Source of the DNA: a bacterium
GTDB taxonomy: Bacteria; Patescibacteriota; Minisyncoccia; Phycocordibacterales; UBA9973
Reading direction: 5' to 3'
Assembly: GCA_037143195.1 (NCBI GenBank)
Contig: JBAWZD010000001.1
Location: 355,733-419,732 of the forward strand
DNA length: 64,000 nucleotides
Part shown: positions 27,897 through 36,639 of the stretch, piece after piece
Layout of the letters: each line of letters starts with the position of its first letter
How positions within the stretch are numbered: position 1 is the first letter of the stretch
Position numbers and translations under genes: made by a program
Notes under the pieces: generated by a model
Told to the model about the DNA's origin: nothing
Database searches by the model: none
What the model saw: only the letters and a program-made list of their open reading frames with translations

Positions 27897-28655
27897 CTAA
27901 AACCTCTTATTTTTGAGTTTGTTGTACTCAGTGACAACCCGCTTAATTGTCGCAGTACTGACCTTAATCTTATCTTCATTACTTAAGATTTTTTGAATAA
28001 TCATTTCCTTTGTCTGATCCACGCACGTTGGATCAAGTTCTTTTCGGGATTTTCTAGACAGGGCGTAGATTTTTTCATCTCTTTCTTTGTTTTGAAGTGG
28101 ATTCATTTTTTCAGGTTTTTTCTGTGTTTGCTCCATGAGAGAATCCTGAATTCTTTCCCAGTTCTCCTTTATGAATTCTTGAACATCTTTGTAATTTGTC
28201 GCTTCAGGAAAAATAAAAAGTTTAACGAATGGTTGCTTCACCGCGACATAAAGATCATCTAGACATTGAAATTTAGAACCGTATTTGTACGCATCTGTAT
28301 CCAAGACAGCAATAGTGTTCTTTGTTTTTCGTTTGATTGCTCCATCTTCATGTTTTTTCATTTTTCTGGTTTCGGGATCACCGAAATAAAGATAGTCAAA
28401 TAAGAAATCTCTATCTAACAATGACACTCCGTACTTTTTTGCAAGATTTATTTGTTCAAGGAACAGATCTTCTGTCATATTTGCATCTAGTCCTTTTATC
28501 CAATGAGTTTTGAGTATCTCTTTCTCGAATCCAAATATTGGCATCTTAAATTTACGACGTATATTGGCTACATCTTCCCAAAAAACGTCACTGAAGGTTA
28601 TCTTATATAACTGATCCTCAAGCCGAGATACTGTCTCGGCGTCACCGCTATTCAT
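27897..28655 (-). CDS. hypothetical protein (island)
   Basis: 252 aa, AT-rich codon usage, no recognisable motif. Confidence 0.5.
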   Translation of the reverse strand: MNSGDAETVSRLEDQLYKITFSDVFWEDVANIRRKFKMPIFGFEKEILKTHWIKGLDANMTEDLFLEQINLAKKYGVSLLDRDFLFDYLYFGDPETRKMKKHEDGAIKRKTKNTIAVLDTDAYKYGSKFQCLDDLYVAVKQPFVKLFIFPEATNYKDVQEFIKENWERIQDSLMEQTQKKPEKMNPLQNKERDEKIYALSRKSRKELDPTCVDQTKEMIIQKILSNEDKIKVSTATIKRVVTEYNKLKNKRF

Positions 28656-28923
28656 ATACCCAAAGTGTACCAGAAAGTGCCGTTTATGCTATGATAATTT
28701 TGTACCGCAAGGTATTCGAACAATTTAATATGAAAGTAACCTAAACCATCGCTTCGGCGGTGGCATGGTGAAAAAATCCGACTAAGGAGCAAACAACCCA
28801 TCATATGGGGGCTTCCTTAGTCGGTCATACGTCGAAAGGCGTATGGATGTCGCAAGACATCACCCCTGTGATGGGCTTTTTGCTGTCCATTTAGGGGGTT
28901 TTATCAGACTTTAAAATAACATT

Positions 28924-29127
28924 ATGGAAATAGCTATAATCATTTTATTAGTGATCATTGTTTTTCAATTATCGGCAATGAATGGGAATTTAAGAATCAT
29001 CGATCAAACACTGGAGGGTATCAGAGAAATGTCTGAGATGAGTGCTGGCCAACGCTGGGAGCACGATTTAAAAATTGACGATCCTGAAGAATATAAACGC
29101 TACCAAAATAGGGATCGTTCTTATTAA
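28924..29127 (+). CDS. hypothetical small membrane-anchored protein (island)
   Basis: 67 aa, N-terminal TM helix MEIAIIILLVIIVFQLSA. Confidence 0.35.
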   Translation: MEIAIIILLVIIVFQLSAMNGNLRIIDQTLEGIREMSEMSAGQRWEHDLKIDDPEEYKRYQNRDRSY

Positions 29128-29158
29128 GTTAGATTGCCACAGAGATATCTAACTCAAT

Positions 29159-29488
29159 TTAATTTAGTTTGCTTTTCAAAAAAGCTATGCCATTTTGCTT
29201 GCCCTCAAGAGTTGTAGCGTACACATCATAATACACCTCTGTTGAAAGAACATCTTCTCCTTTTTTATTCCATTCTTCAACACGCGCATCAAGCCAAGTT
29301 TGTAAATCGTCCTCAGTAAAAGCTTTTTTAAAGTGATCAACGAAATATTCATATGAGGCGCAGATGTACACGCTAGAGTATTTGCTACCATGATCAGACA
29401 ATAAGCGCAGGATTGTCCAATATACATCCCTGTGAGTATCTTCTCTTAGTTTACTATTCTCGATTCTCATAATTTTATTATACCACAC
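29159..29488 (-). CDS. hypothetical protein, last gene of the R-M/defense operon
   Basis: 109 aa. Its start overlaps the stop of the DUF3800-like gene. Confidence 0.5.
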   Translation of the reverse strand: MWYNKIMRIENSKLREDTHRDVYWTILRLLSDHGSKYSSVYICASYEYFVDHFKKAFTEDDLQTWLDARVEEWNKKGEDVLSTEVYYDVYATTLEGKQNGIAFLKSKLN

Positions 29489-30290
29489 TGATTAGTCTTC
29501 TAAATTTTGCTTTTATTCTGTCGGTGCTTTCTTTTATTGAAGGTGATAATGTTCTTTTAGGGTAAACATTGAAACCTTTTCCTAAAATTGTATTAAGATC
29601 GGTATCATCTGATTTCCAAAAATTATCCTTTATGATGGGTAGAAAATTATACGCCATCTCCTTCATACTATACTGAATTGCACCTAATACTACGTCGTTA
29701 ATTTGATGAATCTGACTATATTCATTACTGATTTGAACGACAGGATAAATAATATAACGCAGATCAGAATAATCTATTCCATTAGCATAGGCAGAAAAAC
29801 AATGTCCGGTCATGTGGGAAGTAAACGCTTGCTCAAAGCAATCTGATATAACCATACCATTTTCTCTTATTGATTCGAGGTACTGATTAAATTTATGCAG
29901 ACAAACATTCATTCCATATTTTGTTGTCTGTAATTGGCGAGATTTATTTATTCTAAATTTAATAATCATATCCACGAAACTCATATCGTGATAGAAGTCA
30001 TGTGGTGCAAGATAAACAATAATTTTGCATTTTGACTTACTCACCATTTCTAGAATACGTTGTTTAAATTCTGCATGAATAGTAGCATCTAATATTCCTT
30101 CTCCATTCCAATTGTTATTTGTCCATTTTATTGGACGCTCATGTTTTATTCCATAATGACTTTTTAGTTTCAGTACCTTCTTACAAAGAGGGGCAAGTTC
30201 TTTTTCATCTACAATAATTCCACCATAAATGAAGAATTCGAATTTGTCGTCACTGGTTATATTGGACTCATCAGTAATAAGGAATTTCAT
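29478..30290 (-). CDS. DUF3800-like protein
   Basis: 270 aa. N-terminus MKFLITDESNITSDDKFEFFIYGGIIV matches the M..IDESG.. start characteristic of DUF3800. Sits 14 nt downstream of hsdR. Confidence 0.5.
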   Translation of the reverse strand: MKFLITDESNITSDDKFEFFIYGGIIVDEKELAPLCKKVLKLKSHYGIKHERPIKWTNNNWNGEGILDATIHAEFKQRILEMVSKSKCKIIVYLAPHDFYHDMSFVDMIIKFRINKSRQLQTTKYGMNVCLHKFNQYLESIRENGMVISDCFEQAFTSHMTGHCFSAYANGIDYSDLRYIIYPVVQISNEYSQIHQINDVVLGAIQYSMKEMAYNFLPIIKDNFWKSDDTDLNTILGKGFNVYPKRTLSPSIKESTDRIKAKFRRLISVV

Positions 30291-30304
30291 CTGTTAGTCA
30301 GTAT

Positions 30305-33271
30305 TTATTTATTCATCTTCTTGACCACATATTCGAACACTTTCTCTTGGACGAATTTCTTGAGTTCTGGACTCTGATCAAGTTTTTGATACAAGCTGAA
30401 GTGATTGTCGAGCACGCCAACAAGCTCGTCTTGAAAGAGCTGATCAAATTTCAATTTCGCAGAATCCTTGCTGTTATTTTCTACAGAACCTCTCAGCACT
30501 TCACTTGCAAGAAGTCGCTTACTCAAGTCATTGAGAATAACTCGATCACCATCAGTGAAATTCGTACCGTATCGTTCATTGATTTCTTTTATGATTTTTG
30601 ATAGCGCGTCTCGTTCATCTTCGGTTGAACCCTTACTATCTCCACTACCCATTGGATCGATAACTCCTTCAGTATTTTCAAGTTGAACATTCTTTTCTCC
30701 AGTCTTTTCAATTCTATATGTTGCCATATCTATCGCTTCAAGCACTTCATACGGAAGTGGATTTTCTCGTCTTGGTAATTTCTTAATCAGAAACTTCAGG
30801 AAGATATATAGCTTCTCAAGCTGAGGATCTTCAAATGTAACAATCTGCGAGATGAATGCGTATTTTTTGAGATAGTCGAATACAGTTGTTTTGAAACTTT
30901 CCATTTCTTCTTCAGTAAGATTTTCTTCTTGGATTCTTGAAACGACACCATCAATTATGTGATTGAGCTTATCCGGTGTTGCACCTGCGAAGTATTCATC
31001 TATAAACCCATTTACCTCGAAATCCGTGAAGAACTTGAATCCACGCACCTCACGCTCGAGATCGTGCAGTATATTCGGATTAGTAGCTTCTGAGAGCACT
31101 GTGGTGGTGTAATAGGGCTGAAAAGCGTCCTTAATCTCGTCTGTTTGATTCACAAAGTCGAGAACGAACGTATCGTCCTTTCCGTAAGTAGTTCGGTTCA
31201 ATCGTGAGAGTGTTTGAACTGCACCAACCCCTCCAAGCTTCTTATCGACATACATCACCGAAAGCAACGGCTGATCGAATCCTGTTTGATATTTTTCCGC
31301 TACGATCAAAAACTTATACTCGTCTTTTTTGAATTCTTCAGTAGTTTGAGTATCGGACACCTTGTTCATCTGCGCTTCAGTATATTCCAACTTCGTGTCG
31401 ACATCTTTTACGGTACCAGAAAAAGCCACTAATGCTTTATGGTGGTATCCTTTTTCCTTGAGATATTTATCAAACGCAATCTTATATCGAACAGCGTGGA
31501 GACGAGATTTTGTTACCACCATCGCCTTTGCCTTGCCACCGACAAGTGAAGCTATTTTTTCTTCAAAGTGCTCCACCATGATCGCTGTCTTTTTATCGAT
31601 AGCATGCTCATGGCGCTCCACGTATCCGATCATCAATCGCTGTGCTTTTTTCTTGTCGAATTCAGGATCGTCTTCAACTTTTTTCAGAAGCCCGAAGTAT
31701 GTTTCGTATGTCGTGTAATTCTTCAAAACATCAAGAATGAATTTCTCCTCAATAGCTTGTTTCATTGAATACAGAGAGAACGGTATATATTTTCCAGTGA
31801 GTGGGTCTTCAGCTCCAAAGAGTTCAAGTGTCTTTTGTTTTGGAGTTGCAGTGAACGCAAAGAAGCTCAAGTTTGGTGAAGCGACCTTTCGCGCTTTCAT
31901 GCGCTCAATGATTTGATCTTCCACTGTCTTGAATACTTTTTCTTCTTTCTCCGTTTCTTTTTCTGCTTCGTCCAAAGTAAGTACTTGTCGCAAATCGGCG
32001 GCAGATTCTCCGGATTGCGAAGAATGAGCTTCGTCAATGATGACTGCGAATTTTTTGCCCTCCACTTTTTCTATTGCATCAACAATCACAGGGAATTTCT
32101 GCAGAGTCGTCGTAATAATTCTTACTCCTGCTTCCAATGATTCCTTGAGTTCTTTTCCTCCATTCTCTATGTGTTTTACAAGCCCTGTCACCTGACTGAA
32201 GCTCTTTACCGTGTCTGAAAGCTGTTTATCGAGCACACGGCGGTCGGTAACGACAATAACGCCATCAAACACGTTCTTGCTTGCAATATCGTGTAATTCG
32301 GCAAGACGATGCGCTACCCATGCAATGGTATTACTTTTTCCTGATCCAGCGCTGTGTTGAATAAGATAGTTTTTCCCTGAGCCATTCTCCTGAGCATCTA
32401 ACACGATTTTTCTCACTGTCTCCAATTGATGATAACGAGGGAAGATTATTTTTTCTTCCTTACTTTTCTTTCCGTTTTTGTCTTCTTTTTCTTCGGTGAT
32501 ATCTTGTATGAAATTCCCGAGTAAATCAAACACACTGTCTTTTGACCAGACATCTTCCCAGAGATAGTGGGTTTTGTATTTTCCTTTTGGTGCATCAGGA
32601 TTGCCAGACGAACCATTGTTGCCTTTGTTGAACGGCAAGAAATATGTCGTAAGACCAGTGAGTCGAGTCGTCATATATGCCTGTTCAGTGTCTACTGCAA
32701 AGTGAGTCAGGCATCGCTTGAAGGATAGGAGTTTCTCTTTTTGATCACGATCCGTTCTGTATTGAGAAATAGCATTGATAACATTCTGTCCTGTAAATTG
32801 ATTTTTGAGTTCCACAGTAAAAACAGGGAGTCCGTTCACGAAGATAACCATGTCTAGAGAGTTCTCGTTCTTTGCGCTGTATTTGACCTGACGCATAACA
32901 CTCAATATATTTCCAGCGTAATCAGCGAGTGTTTCCGGATTTTTGTCATTTTCTGGCTTGAAGTGCGCAAGATGAAAACGCACCCCCCGATCGGTAACCC
33001 CATCACGCAGAACACTCAACAAGCCACGAGAAAGAAGCTCCTCATCAATTCTAGCCAAGAATTTACTCTGTGCTTCTCCTCCGTACTGCTCAACAATCTT
33101 CTGCCATGCTTCATTCTGAGTATTTTGAATAAACTCCAAAACCAGCTCTGTATCCATACAGAGAGTTTTATCGTAGGAAGAATTTAATCTCGAACGATAT
33201 TTGTGGAGCTCAGCAAGTTCCTTCTCGATGAATTCTTCAAATCCTTTTTCTTTTGTGTTTGTTTTTATCAT
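30305..33271 (-). CDS. hsdR: Type I restriction enzyme R subunit
   Basis: 988 aa. N-terminal PD-(D/E)xK nuclease (DMVIFVNGLPVFTVELK). SF2 helicase motifs: motif I IQHSAGSGKS, DEAH box FAVIIDEAHSSQ. C-terminal helical domain. Confidence 0.93.
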   Translation of the reverse strand: MIKTNTKEKGFEEFIEKELAELHKYRSRLNSSYDKTLCMDTELVLEFIQNTQNEAWQKIVEQYGGEAQSKFLARIDEELLSRGLLSVLRDGVTDRGVRFHLAHFKPENDKNPETLADYAGNILSVMRQVKYSAKNENSLDMVIFVNGLPVFTVELKNQFTGQNVINAISQYRTDRDQKEKLLSFKRCLTHFAVDTEQAYMTTRLTGLTTYFLPFNKGNNGSSGNPDAPKGKYKTHYLWEDVWSKDSVFDLLGNFIQDITEEKEDKNGKKSKEEKIIFPRYHQLETVRKIVLDAQENGSGKNYLIQHSAGSGKSNTIAWVAHRLAELHDIASKNVFDGVIVVTDRRVLDKQLSDTVKSFSQVTGLVKHIENGGKELKESLEAGVRIITTTLQKFPVIVDAIEKVEGKKFAVIIDEAHSSQSGESAADLRQVLTLDEAEKETEKEEKVFKTVEDQIIERMKARKVASPNLSFFAFTATPKQKTLELFGAEDPLTGKYIPFSLYSMKQAIEEKFILDVLKNYTTYETYFGLLKKVEDDPEFDKKKAQRLMIGYVERHEHAIDKKTAIMVEHFEEKIASLVGGKAKAMVVTKSRLHAVRYKIAFDKYLKEKGYHHKALVAFSGTVKDVDTKLEYTEAQMNKVSDTQTTEEFKKDEYKFLIVAEKYQTGFDQPLLSVMYVDKKLGGVGAVQTLSRLNRTTYGKDDTFVLDFVNQTDEIKDAFQPYYTTTVLSEATNPNILHDLEREVRGFKFFTDFEVNGFIDEYFAGATPDKLNHIIDGVVSRIQEENLTEEEMESFKTTVFDYLKKYAFISQIVTFEDPQLEKLYIFLKFLIKKLPRRENPLPYEVLEAIDMATYRIEKTGEKNVQLENTEGVIDPMGSGDSKGSTEDERDALSKIIKEINERYGTNFTDGDRVILNDLSKRLLASEVLRGSVENNSKDSAKLKFDQLFQDELVGVLDNHFSLYQKLDQSPELKKFVQEKVFEYVVKKMNK

Positions 33272-33275
33272 AAAT

Positions 33276-35150
33276 TTATTCTTTCAATTTAGCATGCACC
33301 GACAACACAAAATTATAGAAGGTTGTATATTTATCTTGTATGATTTGCTTGGTGTTTGTTTTTTTAACGACATCAGACAATACTTTGTTTGTAATCAAAG
33401 ATTTTAATTCTTTTAGATCGTCATTCGGGCTTATTTTTCTTAGTGATTTTAGTTTATCTTTTACTTCATCTAAAACAGCTTTCGTTGAATCAATTTGTAT
33501 TATTACAGAAAAAAGTTCGTTTACTGATTCAATAATAATTTCAGATGGTAGTAAATCTTCTATTGTAAAGTAAGCTTTACTTTGAGCTGAAAAATCATTC
33601 AATTCAAAGATATTATTTTTCAAAGAAGAGTTATCCTTAATCATGTTATTTTTTATACTCTTACCTTTTTGATCTGAGTCAAGAATAAAAAAACCTTTAA
33701 CTAGTTTATTATCGAAGAATTTTGCATATGTAGGCATTTTGTCAGCACTCTCAGAAGATATAGAACCTATATCTAAAGGTTTTATGTCAGATTTAAATTT
33801 TGATGTAAAAACATCAAACAAATCCTTATCGGTTCTACCTTCAAAAACTAACATATATGGTTTTATGTGTTCGTACACTGATGTTCCGAGTGCTTCATAT
33901 AATACTTCTTCTTGATATGGATTTTCAGGATCAATAGAATACGCACTTGTAACAGAACCTTTCGATACACTTCCACATTTCTCAACTCTTACATGTCGAT
34001 TTAAACTTTTTCGATCAACCATATAGATTGAATGCGTTGAAACAAAAACTAAATTGTTTTGCGCGATATTTAGTATCTCATCTCTAAGATATCTTACTCC
34101 GCTTGGGTGCAAGTGAACTTCGGGTTCGTCCAAGAGAATAACTTGGTTTTTTAAAATTGATTTTTTGTTTTCAACAGAAAGGTTAAGTAATATTGATACG
34201 AGTTGTCGAAATCCATCACTACGTTGAGACATTGCATATTTAGGTGTTGGATCATCCTTATCTTCTACGTAAACCGAACATGATAAATCTTGCTCGATTT
34301 GTATTCTAATCGAGATATTGTGTTCCGACCAAATCAAATTTATATGCTCAGTGATTGCTCTGGAGAGATCTTCCTGTAACTCCATTCTATTTTCTGCACT
34401 TTGTGATGCAAGAGAAACTGCGTAAGGGATATCATCTCTTTCAGCTATTTTAAAGATATTTCGAAGTGGAATTGACTTTGATTGATCTGTTGCAAATTCA
34501 TTCAGATTTACAGGTTTATTTATTAGATACTTGTCGTCATTAGGAGCCCAAAAAATTATTTTTGGAATACCTAAATCAAAAATTGTAGATTTTTCTGATA
34601 AAATCTTCTCTAAAATTTCCTTGTTTAAGATTCTTGCACCCGCACCAACAAGTGTGACGATACTTTCTTCTGTAACTGGTTCTTCACCCTGATATATTTC
34701 TTTGATTAACTTAATAGCGTTTTGTCCATCAATGAAATAGAGCCCGAGAGTTTTTATGTCATCAATTTCTATAAAAAATTGATCTATTCGCTTGTTCTCG
34801 AAATCAAAAACAACCACGCTTTCTATATTTTTAATCTTTATTTCTTTTGCCAAATCAAGAGGGATACCATTTTTACTCAAGTGGTCAACATAAAATTGCC
34901 AATTTTGAATTCCTAAGTTTAAACGAACTGATACTGATTCTTTTTTCTTCTGTGCCGATTTAAGACAATCAGTATTGTAGTTAATTGTTTCTCCTTTTGA
35001 TATAAGATTTATCGCTTTAAGTATATTACTTTTACCCGTCTCGTTAACACCCAAGAGTATATAGCAACTCTTATTGGCAATCGAATCAGTAGTCAAAAAA
35101 ATCTCTTTAATACTTCGGTAGTTATTTATTTTTATACTGTTTATTTTCAT
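33276..35150 (-). CDS. OLD-family ATP-dependent endonuclease (ABC-type ATPase fused to a Toprim/DUF4435-like nuclease; PARIS/Gabija-like), embedded between hsdS and hsdR
   Basis: MKINSIKINNYRSIKE... Walker A LLGVNETGKSNILKAI, signature-like SDGFRQLVSILL, Walker B/H-loop VILLDEPEVHLHP, VFVSTHS. C-terminal Toprim-like motifs MLVFEGRTDKDLF and GFFILDSDQKG. Confidence 0.75.
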   Translation of the reverse strand: MKINSIKINNYRSIKEIFLTTDSIANKSCYILLGVNETGKSNILKAINLISKGETINYNTDCLKSAQKKKESVSVRLNLGIQNWQFYVDHLSKNGIPLDLAKEIKIKNIESVVVFDFENKRIDQFFIEIDDIKTLGLYFIDGQNAIKLIKEIYQGEEPVTEESIVTLVGAGARILNKEILEKILSEKSTIFDLGIPKIIFWAPNDDKYLINKPVNLNEFATDQSKSIPLRNIFKIAERDDIPYAVSLASQSAENRMELQEDLSRAITEHINLIWSEHNISIRIQIEQDLSCSVYVEDKDDPTPKYAMSQRSDGFRQLVSILLNLSVENKKSILKNQVILLDEPEVHLHPSGVRYLRDEILNIAQNNLVFVSTHSIYMVDRKSLNRHVRVEKCGSVSKGSVTSAYSIDPENPYQEEVLYEALGTSVYEHIKPYMLVFEGRTDKDLFDVFTSKFKSDIKPLDIGSISSESADKMPTYAKFFDNKLVKGFFILDSDQKGKSIKNNMIKDNSSLKNNIFELNDFSAQSKAYFTIEDLLPSEIIIESVNELFSVIIQIDSTKAVLDEVKDKLKSLRKISPNDDLKELKSLITNKVLSDVVKKTNTKQIIQDKYTTFYNFVLSVHAKLKE

Positions 35151-36391
35151 ATTTTTACTTTTCCTGTTACGACATTCGATATTAACGACGACTTAAACTC
35201 TTTTAAAATTTCAATTGATTGTTCTGTCTTGCGGATAGCAGTATCAAAAAGCTTTGTTTTTTCGTTTAGTTTATTTACGATTTCTTTTTGTTTTTCTAAA
35301 TTAGGAAGTGAAAATTCATAGTTTCTAACGAATGAAGTAGTAACTCGTTTTTGTCCTGCTGTCCCGCGCATTTCAACTTCGCCTGATTTTCTGAATTTAT
35401 CAGAAAAAATTAGATAGTATAGATAATCAGCCAGTATCGAATCTTTCGGACGCATAACCATGAATTCGGTTGTGCCAAAACCAAACCCATTCTTTAATCC
35501 TTTCATTACTCCGGCTTTTCCGTTTTCGTAGCATGGAGTAATCTTGGCTAAAACAACATCTCCATTTCGAAAATAGGTAAACCCATCTTTTACCTCTTTG
35601 TATTTTTTTTCTTGTAGTTCAAGTTTTCCGTTCTCAGATATAGCTTCCATTGGTACAAACGAAACAGTATCTTCTAAGTCAGTGTCTGAAACAACTTTTT
35701 TTGTGGGATTTACTTGTACATGATTTTTAATTTTTACAAAATCACCTTTGATATCCATAATCATATGATTAACCAAAGCGGTGCGCCTTTCTTTTAGCAA
35801 TTCAATTTGTATTTCTTTTTTTTCTATAATTTGATCGATAAACGATGTTTTTTCATCAAGATAATTTGCAATTTTAGTTTGTTCTTTTGATTCAGGAACC
35901 GTAATTAAGATTCGTTTCATTTCGCTCTCACGAGTAGTCCAGAGATCGTCAACAATGCCTCGCCCCCAGCGATAAAACTCTTCAGAGAATAGATTACTTC
36001 TAAACAAATAATGAAAATACTTTGAGTCAAAAGTCGGGTTTCTTTTTCGGAGAACGTTGTAAACAAGAGAAACTCCTCCCTCATATTCTGACATTCCAAC
36101 AGCACCTTTTCTATCTGATCGCCCATTGATAGCTATATCACCAATCTTTACATGTTTTCGCAAGCTACCCTCGGCAACCTTGGCAGCATTTTCTATTTGC
36201 TTCTTAATACCACCATAGGTGACTGACAGAGGTTCATAATTTTCTTCAGTTACCTTATCATGGGGGAAATCAAATACTGATACAACTTTTTGCGATTCCC
36301 AACCTTTAGGAATTTTACCCAACCACTCAACACCCGAATCTTTGTATTCAGGATATTTATCGTATTTTTTTGTGAGTTTTAGTGTTTGCAT
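35147..36391 (-). CDS. hsdS: Type I restriction-modification specificity subunit (two target-recognition domains)
   Basis: 414 aa, duplicated TRD architecture with conserved central and C-terminal coiled-coil spacers. The 4-nt ATGA overlap with the downstream OLD gene indicates translational coupling. Confidence 0.9.
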   Translation of the reverse strand: MQTLKLTKKYDKYPEYKDSGVEWLGKIPKGWESQKVVSVFDFPHDKVTEENYEPLSVTYGGIKKQIENAAKVAEGSLRKHVKIGDIAINGRSDRKGAVGMSEYEGGVSLVYNVLRKRNPTFDSKYFHYLFRSNLFSEEFYRWGRGIVDDLWTTRESEMKRILITVPESKEQTKIANYLDEKTSFIDQIIEKKEIQIELLKERRTALVNHMIMDIKGDFVKIKNHVQVNPTKKVVSDTDLEDTVSFVPMEAISENGKLELQEKKYKEVKDGFTYFRNGDVVLAKITPCYENGKAGVMKGLKNGFGFGTTEFMVMRPKDSILADYLYYLIFSDKFRKSGEVEMRGTAGQKRVTTSFVRNYEFSLPNLEKQKEIVNKLNEKTKLFDTAIRKTEQSIEILKEFKSSLISNVVTGKVKI

Positions 36392-36392
36392 A

Positions 36393-36635
36393 TTAATTAA
36401 TTTTTAACAACCAAAGAACAATTCCAGAGATTAATGCAATCGCAACACCAATTAATATCTGCCCCATAACTGATTTAGGTAGTAATGATTGAGCTGTTTT
36501 AAAAATTGATCTTATTATTTTTGTTCTCGTTCCTTCATTTTTAATTGCATTATTAAAACCAATAAATTCACAGTCCTCAATTTTTGTGTCAGAAGCTTCT
36601 TTTGTTATATGAATACCAATAGTTTTATTTTCCAT
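36393..36635 (-). CDS. small protein with a C-terminal TM helix, between hsdM and hsdS
   Basis: About 80 aa from MENKTIGIHITKEASDTKIEDCEF... to ...ILIGVAIALISGIVLWLLKIN. Its ATG overlaps the hsdM stop by a few nt. Confidence 0.45.
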   Translation of the reverse strand: MENKTIGIHITKEASDTKIEDCEFIGFNNAIKNEGTRTKIIRSIFKTAQSLLPKSVMGQILIGVAIALISGIVLWLLKIN

Positions 36636-36639
36636 ATAT

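Noticed and set aside
27765-27986. 73-aa plus-strand ORF mirroring the small minus-strand gene
   Set aside because: An artefact of the 14-bp inverted repeat. The minus-strand ORF is the one correctly oriented and spaced relative to the recombinase.
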